Of a stretch of DNA of 64,000 nt, positions 18,086 through 28,400 are shown one piece after another. This stretch comes from an uncultured Clostridia bacterium (GTDB lineage: Bacteria; Bacillota; Clostridia; UMGS1883; UMGS1540): contig CALCLY010000036.1 of assembly GCA_937966555.1 (NCBI GenBank), positions 122,116 to 186,115 on the forward strand, given 5' to 3'. Made by a program: the position numbers and the translations under genes. The notes beneath the pieces were generated by a model. The model had not been told where the DNA came from and searched no databases. It saw nothing but the letters and a program-made list of their open reading frames with translations. Position 1 is the stretch's first letter; every line of letters begins with the position of its first letter.

Positions 18086-20026
18086 TTAGACCTCCTTAAT
18101 AACTGTCTTTTTACCATAGCCTTTCGGAACAAGATTAAGTGCTCGCATTTTATCTATAGCACGGAGCCATACATCTTTACTAAATCTCCTTTTACTTTTG
18201 TGCCAATTATTAAGAATGTCATTTATTACATCATCATCTGTAAATGTTTTTTTATCAATCAAGAAATCATTCCAAGCCCCATACAAAGTGGCAATAATCT
18301 CTGCTTGGTCTGTGTCAAAATTATCAAAAATGGCTATAATTCGCTCGATTTCCGTATTGTAATTAGCAAAGTAATCATTATAATACTTTTTATATTTATT
18401 TACATTCTTTGTGGCTTTATAAGATACACCATAATTACTTGAAATGATATTAAACCACTTATTATTTTTGCTTATTATTGCTTCACAGCTGTAAAGAGAT
18501 TTATCAAAAGGACCTGCCGCTTCTCTGGTATATTCTGTTTCAAAATTAAATCCAATATGCTGCTCTATCACATAAAGCGTTTTTTCAAGTTTTACCCTGC
18601 CTTTATTATTATTTGATGTAGCAAGAATTTTACTCATAAGAACTGCTTGTGCAAATCTTGATTTTTTTGCATTATAAACAGCAGGATATATAGGAATAAC
18701 ACTTATGATGATATTATCATTATTCTTTGACATCAAAGCATCCTTTTTTCCTGTCACATATTCATAGATAAGTGACTTTTTGTATTCTTCCAAATTTGTA
18801 ATAAGTTTTTCTTTTTCTAAAATGATATTGTCTATTTCAGCACATTTACTATCAAGAAAAGCAATTATTTCCTTTTGTGTTGATATAGATGTATATATTA
18901 TTGGAGAATTTTTTATTGCATCAGCACTCATACCCTCTCTGTTACCGCCTGTTTGATACAAATTGACAGACATTTTTCCCAATGAAGATAACCAATAATA
19001 GTGCATATACTCCGGAAACATTATATCCTGTTTTAATCTTATAATACTGACATGCTGATTTACATTTGCCTTGCCATAAGATTTATCATATATACAACAT
19101 CTTCCAATAGATCCTCCGGTTATGTTTAAAAGTACATCTTTATCCATAACTCTTGTATTTTTCATTTCTTCGTCTATTTCTTCTGAAATGTAAGTGGGGT
19201 CGTCTAATACAAGTCCTGTATCATAAACATTTTGACTTCGCAAGAACAATACACCTTCACTTGAATAAACATCTCCACCGCCTTTTGGCGTTTTTCCGCT
19301 TCCAACTTTTGTAACACAAGACTTGATTTTTCCTAACCGCCAATCAACAGGTATTTCACCTATCCACTCAATGCCGCTATCTTTCATTGGCACATTTTTA
19401 TCAAGTCCTTTTGTGACGGCTTCTGTTATAACCGACTGCTTATACTCCTTGTAATTTTCAATACTTGCCTTTGTTTCGGAAATGATTTTATCTATTTCTG
19501 TAACCTTGCTGTCAAGGAAATCGGCTATTCTTTTCTGTTCGGGTAACAGCGGAACAGGTATATAGTAATTCATCAGCGTTTCTGTCGATAAAGTCCAGCG
19601 GTTATCATAAGAAACCCCCTTGCCGTGCGCAAAAAAAACCATTGCCCAATATTGTGTTTTAAAATAATAATCATAAAATACAGGGTAATAATTTTTGTTT
19701 GCTTTTAAGTTTATGTAGGCAGGACTAATAACGCCATAGACTTTGGATATACTGCAATTTGCACCACTGTATAAGTCCATAGGGTTTAAAAGTAAATCAA
19801 AAGGTTCCACAGGGTTGTAATTATAATAACTTTCCGCAATCTGACCTTCTCCTGTTGATACATCTCTAACTTTAACACCGCTTCTTGCAAGCGAAAGAAT
19901 AGTAGGCTCTTCTTGCTGTGCTTTTTCGTTTTTTCTGGTAAAAGCATTTTTTACCCTGCCTATTTTCCACTCACTCGGAATATCGCCTATCCACTCAACG
20001 CCGCTGTTTTTCATTTCTCTTGTCAT
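18086..20026 (-). CDS. hsdS: Type I R-M specificity subunit with two TRDs plus an unusual ~215-aa C-terminal extension (Panacea/DUF4065-like)
   Basis: Two TRDs, each followed by the conserved coiled-coil spacer (LPEQKRIADFLDSKVTEIDKII... and ...LEEYKKSLIYEYVTGKKD, the latter normally the C-terminus). A further 216 aa then contains KLEKTLYVIEQHIGFNFETEYTREAAGPFDKSLY. Confidence 0.85.
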   Translation of the reverse strand: MTREMKNSGVEWIGDIPSEWKIGRVKNAFTRKNEKAQQEEPTILSLARSGVKVRDVSTGEGQIAESYYNYNPVEPFDLLLNPMDLYSGANCSISKVYGVISPAYINLKANKNYYPVFYDYYFKTQYWAMVFFAHGKGVSYDNRWTLSTETLMNYYIPVPLLPEQKRIADFLDSKVTEIDKIISETKASIENYKEYKQSVITEAVTKGLDKNVPMKDSGIEWIGEIPVDWRLGKIKSCVTKVGSGKTPKGGGDVYSSEGVLFLRSQNVYDTGLVLDDPTYISEEIDEEMKNTRVMDKDVLLNITGGSIGRCCIYDKSYGKANVNQHVSIIRLKQDIMFPEYMHYYWLSSLGKMSVNLYQTGGNREGMSADAIKNSPIIYTSISTQKEIIAFLDSKCAEIDNIILEKEKLITNLEEYKKSLIYEYVTGKKDALMSKNNDNIIISVIPIYPAVYNAKKSRFAQAVLMSKILATSNNNKGRVKLEKTLYVIEQHIGFNFETEYTREAAGPFDKSLYSCEAIISKNNKWFNIISSNYGVSYKATKNVNKYKKYYNDYFANYNTEIERIIAIFDNFDTDQAEIIATLYGAWNDFLIDKKTFTDDDVINDILNNWHKSKRRFSKDVWLRAIDKMRALNLVPKGYGKKTVIKEV

Positions 20027-21795
20027 TTGCTTTCACGCTCCTCAAACAATGCTTTAAGCGAAGCAGTGATACTTGCCTCCTGCGAGCTTATAATTTCTGC
20101 GATTTCATCGGAACTTCTCGGAGCCTGATATTTATAAAAATATCTTGTAAAAGGTATTTCATAGCCAACCTTTGTTTTGCTTTTATCTATCCACGCCGCC
20201 GCATTATACGGTTTTACCTCTCTTGCAAAATAGCTGTCTATGTCCTCCACAAGCGGAACGTTTTCATAATCCCGTTTTGAAGTGTCGGGGACAGGCTGGT
20301 TTTTCTTGCCTTTGGTTACGATTTCTCCGTTTTCATCATACAGCGGGCTTTCAATTTGAATACGGTTAAAGCCGAAATCCTCATTATTGAAAATTTTGCT
20401 TTCACACACTTTTCCGTCAAAATCATATTCCTTTGTCCTGTAATCTCCGTAAACCTTAACGATAGCCTCACGGCATTTGTCGGTTATATCGTATCTTTTA
20501 TTTCCGATATTTTTTCTGCGCTGTTCCGCCATTTTGGACGCGTCTATAAGCTGAACCTTGCCCTGCCTATGCAGAGGTTTATTTTTTGAGATTATCCATA
20601 TATATGTTGTAATTCCCGTATTATAAAATACATCTGTTGAAAGCTGAATTATACAGTCGAGCCAGTCATTCTCTATCATATATCGGCGGATTTCGCTTTC
20701 GCCGCTTTCAGCCGCACCGGTAAAAAGCGACGAGCCGTTATGTATAATCGCCATTTTGCCGTCATCTTTCAATTTTGCAATTCCGTTTAAATCAAACAGC
20801 ATTTGCCCGTCGGATATTTTGGGCAAGCCGACGCCGAATCTGCCATTGTCGCCCAGAGCGTGCTCCGCTTCAACCTCTCTTTTTGCGGTTTTCCATTCGA
20901 TACCGAACGGCGGATTTGAGATGATATAATCAAATTTATAATTCGGAAATTTATCATCCGAAAGCGTATTGCCAAGCTTCATATTATCTGCATTGCTGCC
21001 ATGAATAAGCGCAGAGGACTTTGCAATAGCAAATGTTTCGGGATTTAACTCCTGCCCGAATGTTCTTACGTCAGCCTCGGAATCAAGAGCCTTTAACCGC
21101 TCCGTCATACAGGTGAGCATTTGAGAAGTACCCATTGTCATATCATAAACCGTCTTTGCAACGCCTTCTTCAATTAAAAGGTCTTTATCTTCGGAAATAA
21201 GAATATCGGTCATAAGATATATAATATCTCTCGATGTGAAATGCGCTCCGGCTTGTTCGTCATAACTTTCCGAAAATCTCTTTATCAAATCCTCAAAAAT
21301 ATATCCCATATCAACGGAAGTAATTTTATCTGCTCCCATATAGGCACTCGGTTTATTAAACGCCTCTATGACGAGGAATAAAAGACCGTTATTTGCAAGT
21401 TTTTTGATTTCGTTGTCAAATTCGTAATTTTCCAAAATGTCCTGCACATTTTCAGAATATCCCATTATATAATTGCGGAAATTATCTTCAATATGCGTTG
21501 CGTCTTCGGTCAGCTTCCCGAAATCATATTTGCTGATGTTGTAAAATGAGTAGCCGGCGGCACGCTCCAAAAAGCCGGATTTAACTTCAAGGTGTTTTAC
21601 ATTTTCGTATGTTTCCAAAACCTTATCCTTTGTCGGAATAAGGCAGTCGTTAAATCTTTTCAAGACGCAAAACGGCAAAATTACTTTTCCGTATTCGTGC
21701 GGTTTGTAATAATCACGCAACAGGTCAGCAACGCTCCAAATCAAGTTTGATTTTTCCTGTATATTTGTTGTGGTTTGTGTAAGTAATTCTGACAT
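20023..21795 (-). CDS. hsdM: Type I R-M DNA methyltransferase subunit (N6-adenine)
   Basis: 590 aa. NPPF motif (ISNPPFGIEW) and an N-terminal HsdM domain. It overlaps hsdS by 4 nt. Confidence 0.9.
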   Translation of the reverse strand: MSELLTQTTTNIQEKSNLIWSVADLLRDYYKPHEYGKVILPFCVLKRFNDCLIPTKDKVLETYENVKHLEVKSGFLERAAGYSFYNISKYDFGKLTEDATHIEDNFRNYIMGYSENVQDILENYEFDNEIKKLANNGLLFLVIEAFNKPSAYMGADKITSVDMGYIFEDLIKRFSESYDEQAGAHFTSRDIIYLMTDILISEDKDLLIEEGVAKTVYDMTMGTSQMLTCMTERLKALDSEADVRTFGQELNPETFAIAKSSALIHGSNADNMKLGNTLSDDKFPNYKFDYIISNPPFGIEWKTAKREVEAEHALGDNGRFGVGLPKISDGQMLFDLNGIAKLKDDGKMAIIHNGSSLFTGAAESGESEIRRYMIENDWLDCIIQLSTDVFYNTGITTYIWIISKNKPLHRQGKVQLIDASKMAEQRRKNIGNKRYDITDKCREAIVKVYGDYRTKEYDFDGKVCESKIFNNEDFGFNRIQIESPLYDENGEIVTKGKKNQPVPDTSKRDYENVPLVEDIDSYFAREVKPYNAAAWIDKSKTKVGYEIPFTRYFYKYQAPRSSDEIAEIISSQEASITASLKALFEERESK

Positions 21796-21820
21796 TGTAA
21801 ATTTCTCCTTTATTTATAGT

Positions 21821-23209
21821 TTAACGTATCATATCTCCATACTCGACCAAACTAACATTACCCATCTCACTTGCCTTATCTTCACAGCCTTTTGTAAAGC
21901 CTGATTTTGAGAACAGATAATAATATTTAGTTTTGTAATTGAACAGTTCGCTTCGTTTAACAAGTGTTTCCAACACGCCGAGATCGACCTTTTCGTTTGT
22001 CCATTTACATTCCGCAAAAAGGGCAGTGTTTTTGTCCTGCTCGCCCATAATGTCGATTTCTTCCTGACGCTTTTCTTTCGGATTATTGCCCCACCAACGA
22101 CCGAGAGCCGTAAACTCAACAGGGCAGTTGCCGGAAAGGAGCTGTTTCCACAGATACTGTTTACAGATTTCCTCAAAAACCTTGCCCATATAGTCCGAAA
22201 GCTGCGGCTCAATACGCTTATATGCCAAATCTGCGGCGCCGCGGGCGATGATTGAATTATTTTCAAACACGAACCGATACCAAAAGCGGAACATATTATC
22301 TTCAATCGAATAAACCGACTTTCGAGAAGCTTTTTCGCCGTACGGTGTTTCTTTCTGCACAATTCCCAAATTGATCAAATTTTTGAGATACATTGCGCAA
22401 ACATTGGTATCTTCGCCGACCTTGCCCGAAATCTCCGACATTCTCGACGCTCCCGTTGCAATAGCGGCAATTATCGCCGTATAGATTGCCGGTTCTCTGA
22501 CTTCCTGTTTCAAGAGGTTTATCGGCTCTTCATACAAGAATGAAACGGGGTTCAAAAATGTATCTTTGATATTATCCTCAACGCTCAATGCGTCATTAAT
22601 CTGCAATAGATACTGCGGAGTACCGCCGACAACCCCATAGATAAGCGCTTTATCTTCGGCAGTGAAATTTTTGAAGTAGCGGCAGGTTTCCTCAAAGTCG
22701 AACGGCAAAAGTTTTATTTGCGCCGTTCTTCTGCCATAAAGAGGTGCTTTATAGGCGAGAACGTGATCTTCCATATACGACATTGACGAACCGCAGAGAA
22801 TCAGCATCAGCTTTGATTTATCCTTATATTTATCAATCAAAAGTTGCAGGGTAGAGGCAAGACTCTTTGACGAGCGTGCAACATACGGGTATTCGTCGAT
22901 TGCAAGAATGATGCGTTCTTTTTCGGCAAGTCGGAACACATATTCGAGTGCCGATTGAAACGACGAGAATATGCTGTCAATCTCCGTACCGCTGACATAC
23001 TCCATAATGCTCTTTGAAAAATTTTCGAGATTTTGCTTTGCATTACTCTCAACACCCATAAAATAAATAGCATTTTTATCATCAATAAATTTGTTGATAA
23101 GTGCGGTTTTACCCACACGGCGTCTGCCATAGATAACCGCAAATTCAAATTTATCCGATTTGTATAATCTTTCAAGAGCTGAAAGCTCTCGCTGTCTGCC
23201 TATAAACAT
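21821..23209 (-). CDS. AAA+ ATPase (Arch-ATPase/DUF234-type), R-M-associated
   Basis: Walker A GRRRVGKT and Walker B ILAIDEYPY with an ATPase/DUF234-like layout. It is encoded 25 nt upstream of hsdM on the same strand. Confidence 0.7.
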   Translation of the reverse strand: MFIGRQRELSALERLYKSDKFEFAVIYGRRRVGKTALINKFIDDKNAIYFMGVESNAKQNLENFSKSIMEYVSGTEIDSIFSSFQSALEYVFRLAEKERIILAIDEYPYVARSSKSLASTLQLLIDKYKDKSKLMLILCGSSMSYMEDHVLAYKAPLYGRRTAQIKLLPFDFEETCRYFKNFTAEDKALIYGVVGGTPQYLLQINDALSVEDNIKDTFLNPVSFLYEEPINLLKQEVREPAIYTAIIAAIATGASRMSEISGKVGEDTNVCAMYLKNLINLGIVQKETPYGEKASRKSVYSIEDNMFRFWYRFVFENNSIIARGAADLAYKRIEPQLSDYMGKVFEEICKQYLWKQLLSGNCPVEFTALGRWWGNNPKEKRQEEIDIMGEQDKNTALFAECKWTNEKVDLGVLETLVKRSELFNYKTKYYYLFSKSGFTKGCEDKASEMGNVSLVEYGDMIR

Positions 23210-23334
23210 AATTCAACCTCCAATTCGAGTTATTATCATTATATCATAATTTTTATAAATAGTCAAGTGTAATTGAGTAACTTATAATTTGATAAATGTG
23301 TTTTACTTATAACTCCGAACACATCTCCAAACAT

Positions 23335-24030
23335 CTATTCAATATGCTCGCTGTTGATTTTTAATAACTGCGACTTTACAACCTCTCTTGAGAAATCATT
23401 TCCGGCGATGCGTACCGTTTTGGAATTACCGCATATAGTTTCCGCCATAACACTCACAAGTTCATCAAGTATATCGCCGCTGTACCTCTCGCAAAGAATG
23501 TCATAATCAATATTTTCTTTTATCCGATTCGTCATCGCATCTATCTCGTTTTCTGTGATTGATAGATTGATGTTGTTAAAAGAATTATTAATATTTTTAT
23601 TTATATATTGATTGGGTGCACACTGTTCACTGCGTGGTGCAGATATTTCACTACCCGGTAGTGAAGGCTGTTCATCAGGTGGTGAATTATATTAATTACC
23701 CTGTGGTGCAGGCATTTCACCGGGCAGAGAAAAATCAGGTATTCCGATAAGCACTTCATAGTCGTTAGCTGTATGATCACCCTTGCTGCTTCTTCGTTCA
23801 GTCTTTTTTATGCAGCCCAATGTCACAAGCTCGCTTATAATATCAATAACCTTTCGCCTGCTGATTCCGCTGTCATCAGCAATCGTCTGATAAGACGGAA
23901 AGGCAATATTACTGCTGTTTGAATAACTGCAAATTACGCTGAGAACCACCTTGTGCAGCGGCTTTAATGTATGGCTCCTCAAAATATTATTCGGCATTTG
24001 TGTAAATCCCGTATCGTATGTAATTTTCAT
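23335..24030 (-). pseudogene. HTH/replication-initiator-like mobile-element gene split by a single in-frame TAA (tool ORFs 23692-24030 and 23335-23535 share one frame)
   Basis: The stop at 23692-23694 is followed by 52 open codons in the same frame leading into the ATG at 23533-23535. The N-terminal part is a winged-HTH (…IAFPSYQTIADDSGISRRKVIDIISELVTLGCI…). Confidence 0.5.
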
Positions 24031-24245
24031 TCTCGCTCAACTCCTTCCGGGTAAACATATTCGGCAAGCACAAGTTCCTCCGCATAATGCCTTGCAAAAT
24101 TCATACGCCGAACCCATTCCATTTGGTCGGTGCAAGTCGAACCGATGCTTTTTCTGAATTTGCTTATGATGTCATCATAATAGTTTATGACTGCATAGTA
24201 CAGTCCTTTCTTCTCTCGTATAGTTCCTGTTACATTTTTGCTCAA
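24027..24245 (-). CDS. small hypothetical protein (72 aa), translationally coupled (ATGA overlap) to the HTH gene; possibly an integrase arm-binding-like fragment
   Basis: GTIREKKGLYYAVINYYDD resembles phage-integrase N-terminal arm-binding motifs. This is weak. Confidence 0.3.
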   Translation of the reverse strand: MSKNVTGTIREKKGLYYAVINYYDDIISKFRKSIGSTCTDQMEWVRRMNFARHYAEELVLAEYVYPEGVERE

Positions 24246-24336
24246 TTTTTAGACCTCCTTTGTTTTTTGAGAGAAAAAACAAACACCTATCATTGACATT
24301 ACTATTATATCAACAATAGGTACCAAACGCAAAAAA

Positions 24337-24528
24337 TCACGATGTTGTTTTATTTTTTCTCATCAAGAAATCAACTACACTGATTTTTGTTATACAATAC
24401 TCTCGACCGACTTTTATACTTTCGATTTTGTTTTCACGAAGTAATTTATATCCTGTTTTTGTACTTATACCGCCGAGAACTTCGCACATATCTTTAATTT
24501 TCAGCACATCGGGATAATTTTTCATCAT
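24337..24528 (-). CDS. excisionase-family/MerR-like HTH DNA-binding protein
   Basis: 63 aa. LKIKDMCEVLGGISTKTGYKLLRENKIESIKVGREYCITKISVVDFL fits the Xis-type HTH pattern. Confidence 0.5.
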   Translation of the reverse strand: MMKNYPDVLKIKDMCEVLGGISTKTGYKLLRENKIESIKVGREYCITKISVVDFLMRKNKTTS

Positions 24529-24796
24529 TGAAAGAAGGATGAAGTAGAAGCAAAAACTATCGTCTTGGCGTATCTGCCGCTTGGCTCGTCCATACCGGAA
24601 TGTATCTGTTGCCGTTATACTGCACCGCCGTTATCTTGCGTGCTTTCTTTGTAAAAAATTATATTGCGGTTTTGGGCATTGAAAACTTATTGATGATGTT
24701 GCTCGCAATGTTTTTCTCCGGCTGGTCGAGAGTGTCTATAATTTCAGTAAGCACTCTTTCTTCATCATAGGATAAATACCGGAAAACTCTGTTGTG

Positions 24797-25039
24797 TTAA
24801 GCCTCCATCAAGAATATTCCGCCGTTTACACCGCTTTTTACACGGATGGGAGCGTAACGACCTAAAAAGGTAATATCGTTATATACCGTGTTTTTATGTA
24901 CGGAATACCTTTTTGATAATTCGGACAAAGTAACTTTTTTTGAACTTATTATAAAAAACAGGATTTCTATCCGTCTTTCAAAGGTAGACAATTTACCTGT
25001 CACAGCCGTTACACCTCCTTCCAAAAAACATTCTAACAT
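24797..25039 (-). CDS. small HTH transcriptional regulator
   Basis: 80 aa. VTLSELSKRYSVHKNTVYNDITFL is HTH-like. Confidence 0.4.
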   Translation of the reverse strand: MLECFLEGGVTAVTGKLSTFERRIEILFFIISSKKVTLSELSKRYSVHKNTVYNDITFLGRYAPIRVKSGVNGGIFLMEA

Positions 25040-25362
25040 TTAATGTCACAAGCTCATTGTAACTTTCAAAAAATAATTTCATAATTTCACCCTTTTGTGT
25101 AAATTTTGTTGAATTTGCACAAGAGAGAGGCGGAGCACGGCTGTGATACGGTGGCGGTTTTCTGTGATGTTTTCCCGAAGATTTGCGGTTATGTCCTTTA
25201 GGCTTATGCTTTTTGCGCTTTGCTCTGTGCTTCATAAAGTGTCCTCCGTGCCGCAGGGCATATCCGACAAAAAGCATAATTTTGTCCTATGCAGGGCAAT
25301 TTTTTGTTTATGCGGTAATCGCTTTCGCTTCCTTTGCTTTGTAATATCATATAAAAAGGCAC

Positions 25363-25411
25363 AAAAAAAGCCGCCCGGCAATAAAGGCGTTTTGCCTCTA
25401 TACCGGGCGGC
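25363..25411 (-). terminator. intrinsic terminator of the SLH surface-protein gene (GCCGCCCGG...CCGGGCGGC followed by T7 on the minus strand)
   Basis: 9-bp GC stem with a nested inner hairpin. The A7 tract at 25363-25369 is a U-run on the minus strand, 60 nt after the stop at 25470. Confidence 0.6.
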
Positions 25412-25469
25412 CTGCTGTGCCGTCGTTTGTCCTCATTTTAAGAGAACGGTTTTAATATTAAGCTTTGTT

Positions 25470-28400
25470 TTATTTTAGGTTTTCCAGCACACGCATAAAT
25501 ACCGCGGCTGCCTGCGCTCTTGTCGTATTGGCCTTTGGTGCAAAGCTCCCATCCGTATTACCTGTCATAATGGACTTTTCCGCCGCCCATGTTACAGCGT
25601 CCTTCGCATAGTCTGAAATGTCGCTGTTGTCCATATAGGCTGTGCTGCCGCTTGTCGTTATATCATATCCCTTGAATGTTGCATAGCGATAGATCATTAC
25701 TACCATCTGCTCTCTGGTTATATTATCATTCGGAGCAAATTGATTTTCGGAAATTCCGAAGATTATACCGTTATTGCTTGCCCACGCAACAGCCTTTTCA
25801 TAATAGCTTCCGCTTTCTATGTCAATAAAGGCGGCTGCAGCTGTCTGCGGCTCATTTTCCATTCTGTAAAGAATTGTAACAAACATTGCCCTTGTAATAT
25901 CGCTTTGGGGTGCAAATTCCGTATTTGATACGCCTTTCATCAGACCGTTTTCGTATGCGTATTTCACCGAATCATAAAACCAGTCGTTTTTGTGAATGTC
26001 TGTAAACGGATTTTCCCATTCTGTCGGTTTTGGTGGGTCAACCGGATCAACAGGCTTTTCGTTTTCGTTCCACTTTGCATAAAGCGTAAAGTCCTTTGTA
26101 ACCTTGCTTGCAAAATCATATTTTGCAGTCAATTTTTCATCTGTGTACCAGCCGTCAAAGGTAAAACCTTCTTTTGCAGGAGCAGTCGGCTCTTTAACAA
26201 CACTATTTTTTGTTACGGAAGATGATGTAATTGCGTTTCCGCCGTTTGTTTCAAACTTAACTGTGTAGCGTGTTGTTCCGCCGCCGCCACCGCCGCCGCC
26301 ACCGCCGCCGGACGAATTAACAGTAAAGCGGATTGTCTTATCAATCGTGGTCAAATTGGTGGCTGTTACACGAACTGTTGCGGTGTAAGTGCCTGCGGCC
26401 AAGCCTGTGTTGGGCTTGATGGTGAAAGTTGTGGTGCCGGATGTTGCCAGATTCGTATTAAAACCCGTCTTATCCAGCGTGAAGCTGTCGGCATTGGCTC
26501 CGGTCAGGGTCACATCCAGAGAAGCAAGAGCACCGGTGCCGGTATTGGTGATCGTAAAGGTCTCTGCGGTCTGCTCGCCGTAGCCTACGGTCCGTGCAGC
26601 AAAAGTTTTACCGTCCGGTGTGACTGTTGCCGTATAAGTCAGGGGCACATCGTCTGCCGGGACGGTGACCGTAGTGGTTGCACCTGCAAAGTGTGTATCA
26701 GTTTCCGCTATGCGGACATAGTAGGTGCCTGCGGTAAGTCCGGTGATCTCGGTGCCGGAGCATACAGTACCTGCGGGGCTGGCAAAGTTAGAGTCGGTGC
26801 TGTACTCCATAGCTGTGGTTGTACCGGTTATCTTACCGTCGGAGCCGCCCAAAGTGGTGGGATTCACTCCGTTCAAACCGGTAGGAGCACCGGGACTGTC
26901 AGCCTTTTTAACCGCAGCGGTTGCGGCGCTGGTAAGTGTGCCGGTTTCCTCGCTGCTGGAAATCTCCACGGTGATGGTCGAGCCGATGTCGGCCTTAACC
27001 AGCGTGTAGGTGCTGTTCATTGCGCCGGAGATGTCGGAGCCATCACGCTTCCACTGATAGGACAGCGTGCCGGTATTATTGCCGCTTTCAAGAGATGCTG
27101 TCAGGGTCTGACCGAACTTAGCCGTACCGGTGATCGTGGCTGTGCCGGTCAGGGCGGGGTTCTCCGTCCAGCGCGCGTAATATTCGCTACTTGAATCTGT
27201 ATAAACTGTGTCCAGACTCAACAAAGTGCCGCCGCTTTCTGCTGTATACCACCCGGCAAAGATGTAGTGCTCTTTTGTCGGTGTCGGCACCTGTTCCGCG
27301 GTCAACTTGCCGTCCGTACCGGTAACAAGTTCCACACGATAACTTTCATCTCCGATTTTTCCGCCCTGCGTATAGAAGCCAACGATATATTTTGTAACGC
27401 CGCCGAGAGGACTCATAGAAAACGGAACGCCGTAAGAATATTTCACTTCGTCTATCGTATAGTTAGTATACACAACCCCCGGGTTATTGCCTCCCAAGGT
27501 GACATCTGTTTCATTCAGCTCTGCCAGTGCCAACCCGTCCTGTGCCTTGAAGTATATCCACAGAGTGTATTTAATCCCCGAAATGAACTGTGCAGAAAGC
27601 TTTGTTGCGTCAGAATAACTTCCGCCGGAGTCTGAGTATTGCCACTTATACGTGAATTCTACACCCGCCGTATTGCAGGTGACAACCGCATCCGCAACAT
27701 TTTCTCCCTCCGTATATCCGGTATAGGAAAATGAAACGCTGTCAATCGCTCCCCACAAGGCATATACCGTGGTTGCCTCGCTGAAAACCGTTGTCTCCGT
27801 TATCTTCATTCCTCCGCTTGCTGCGGTATACCATCCGTCGAAGGTGTAGCCCTCCCTTGTCGGAACCGGAAGTGATGCCAATTTACCTTTATCCGCCGCC
27901 GGTATCGTTATTGTATCCGTATCCTTGCCGTTTACCTTGCCGCCGTTTGCATCAAATGTTACATCAATGTCAACGGCGGGCACCCAGCGCGCGTAAAATT
28001 GGTTTCTTGGATCTGTATAAACTGTGTCCAGACTCAACAAAGTGCCGCCGCTTTCTGCTGTATACCACCCGGCAAAGATGTAGTGCTCTTTTGTCGGTGT
28101 CGGCACCTGTTCCGCGGTCAACTTGCCGTCCGTACCGGTAACAAGTTCCACACGATAACTTTCATCTCCGATTTTTCCGCCCTGCGTATAGAAGCCAACG
28201 ATATATTTTGTAACGCCGCCGAGAGGACTCATAGAAAACGGAACGCCGTAAGAATATTTCACTTCGTCTATCGTATAGTTAGTATACACAACCCCCGGGT
28301 TATTGCCTCCCAAGGTGACATCTGTTTCATTCAGCTCTGCCAGTGCCAACCCGTCCTGTGCCTTGAAGTATATCCACAGAGTGTATTTAATCCCCGAAAT

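Larger units (their letters stand above)
14110..25100. mobile_element. AT-rich genomic island at tRNA-Ser: decayed integrative element carrying a Type I R-M system and ATPase
   Basis: It begins immediately 3' of tRNA-Ser and contains a truncated element gene, hsdRSM plus ATPase, Xis/HTH/replication-like genes and one pseudogene. Composition is visibly more AT-rich than the flanks. No integrase was found, so the element is likely decayed. Confidence 0.35.

Noticed and set aside
24993-25277. 94-aa highly basic ORF (HKPKGHNRKSSGKHHRKPPP)
   Set aside because: It overlaps the HTH regulator gene end and an intergenic terminator region. Its composition is biased and it has no RBS. It is probably non-coding.
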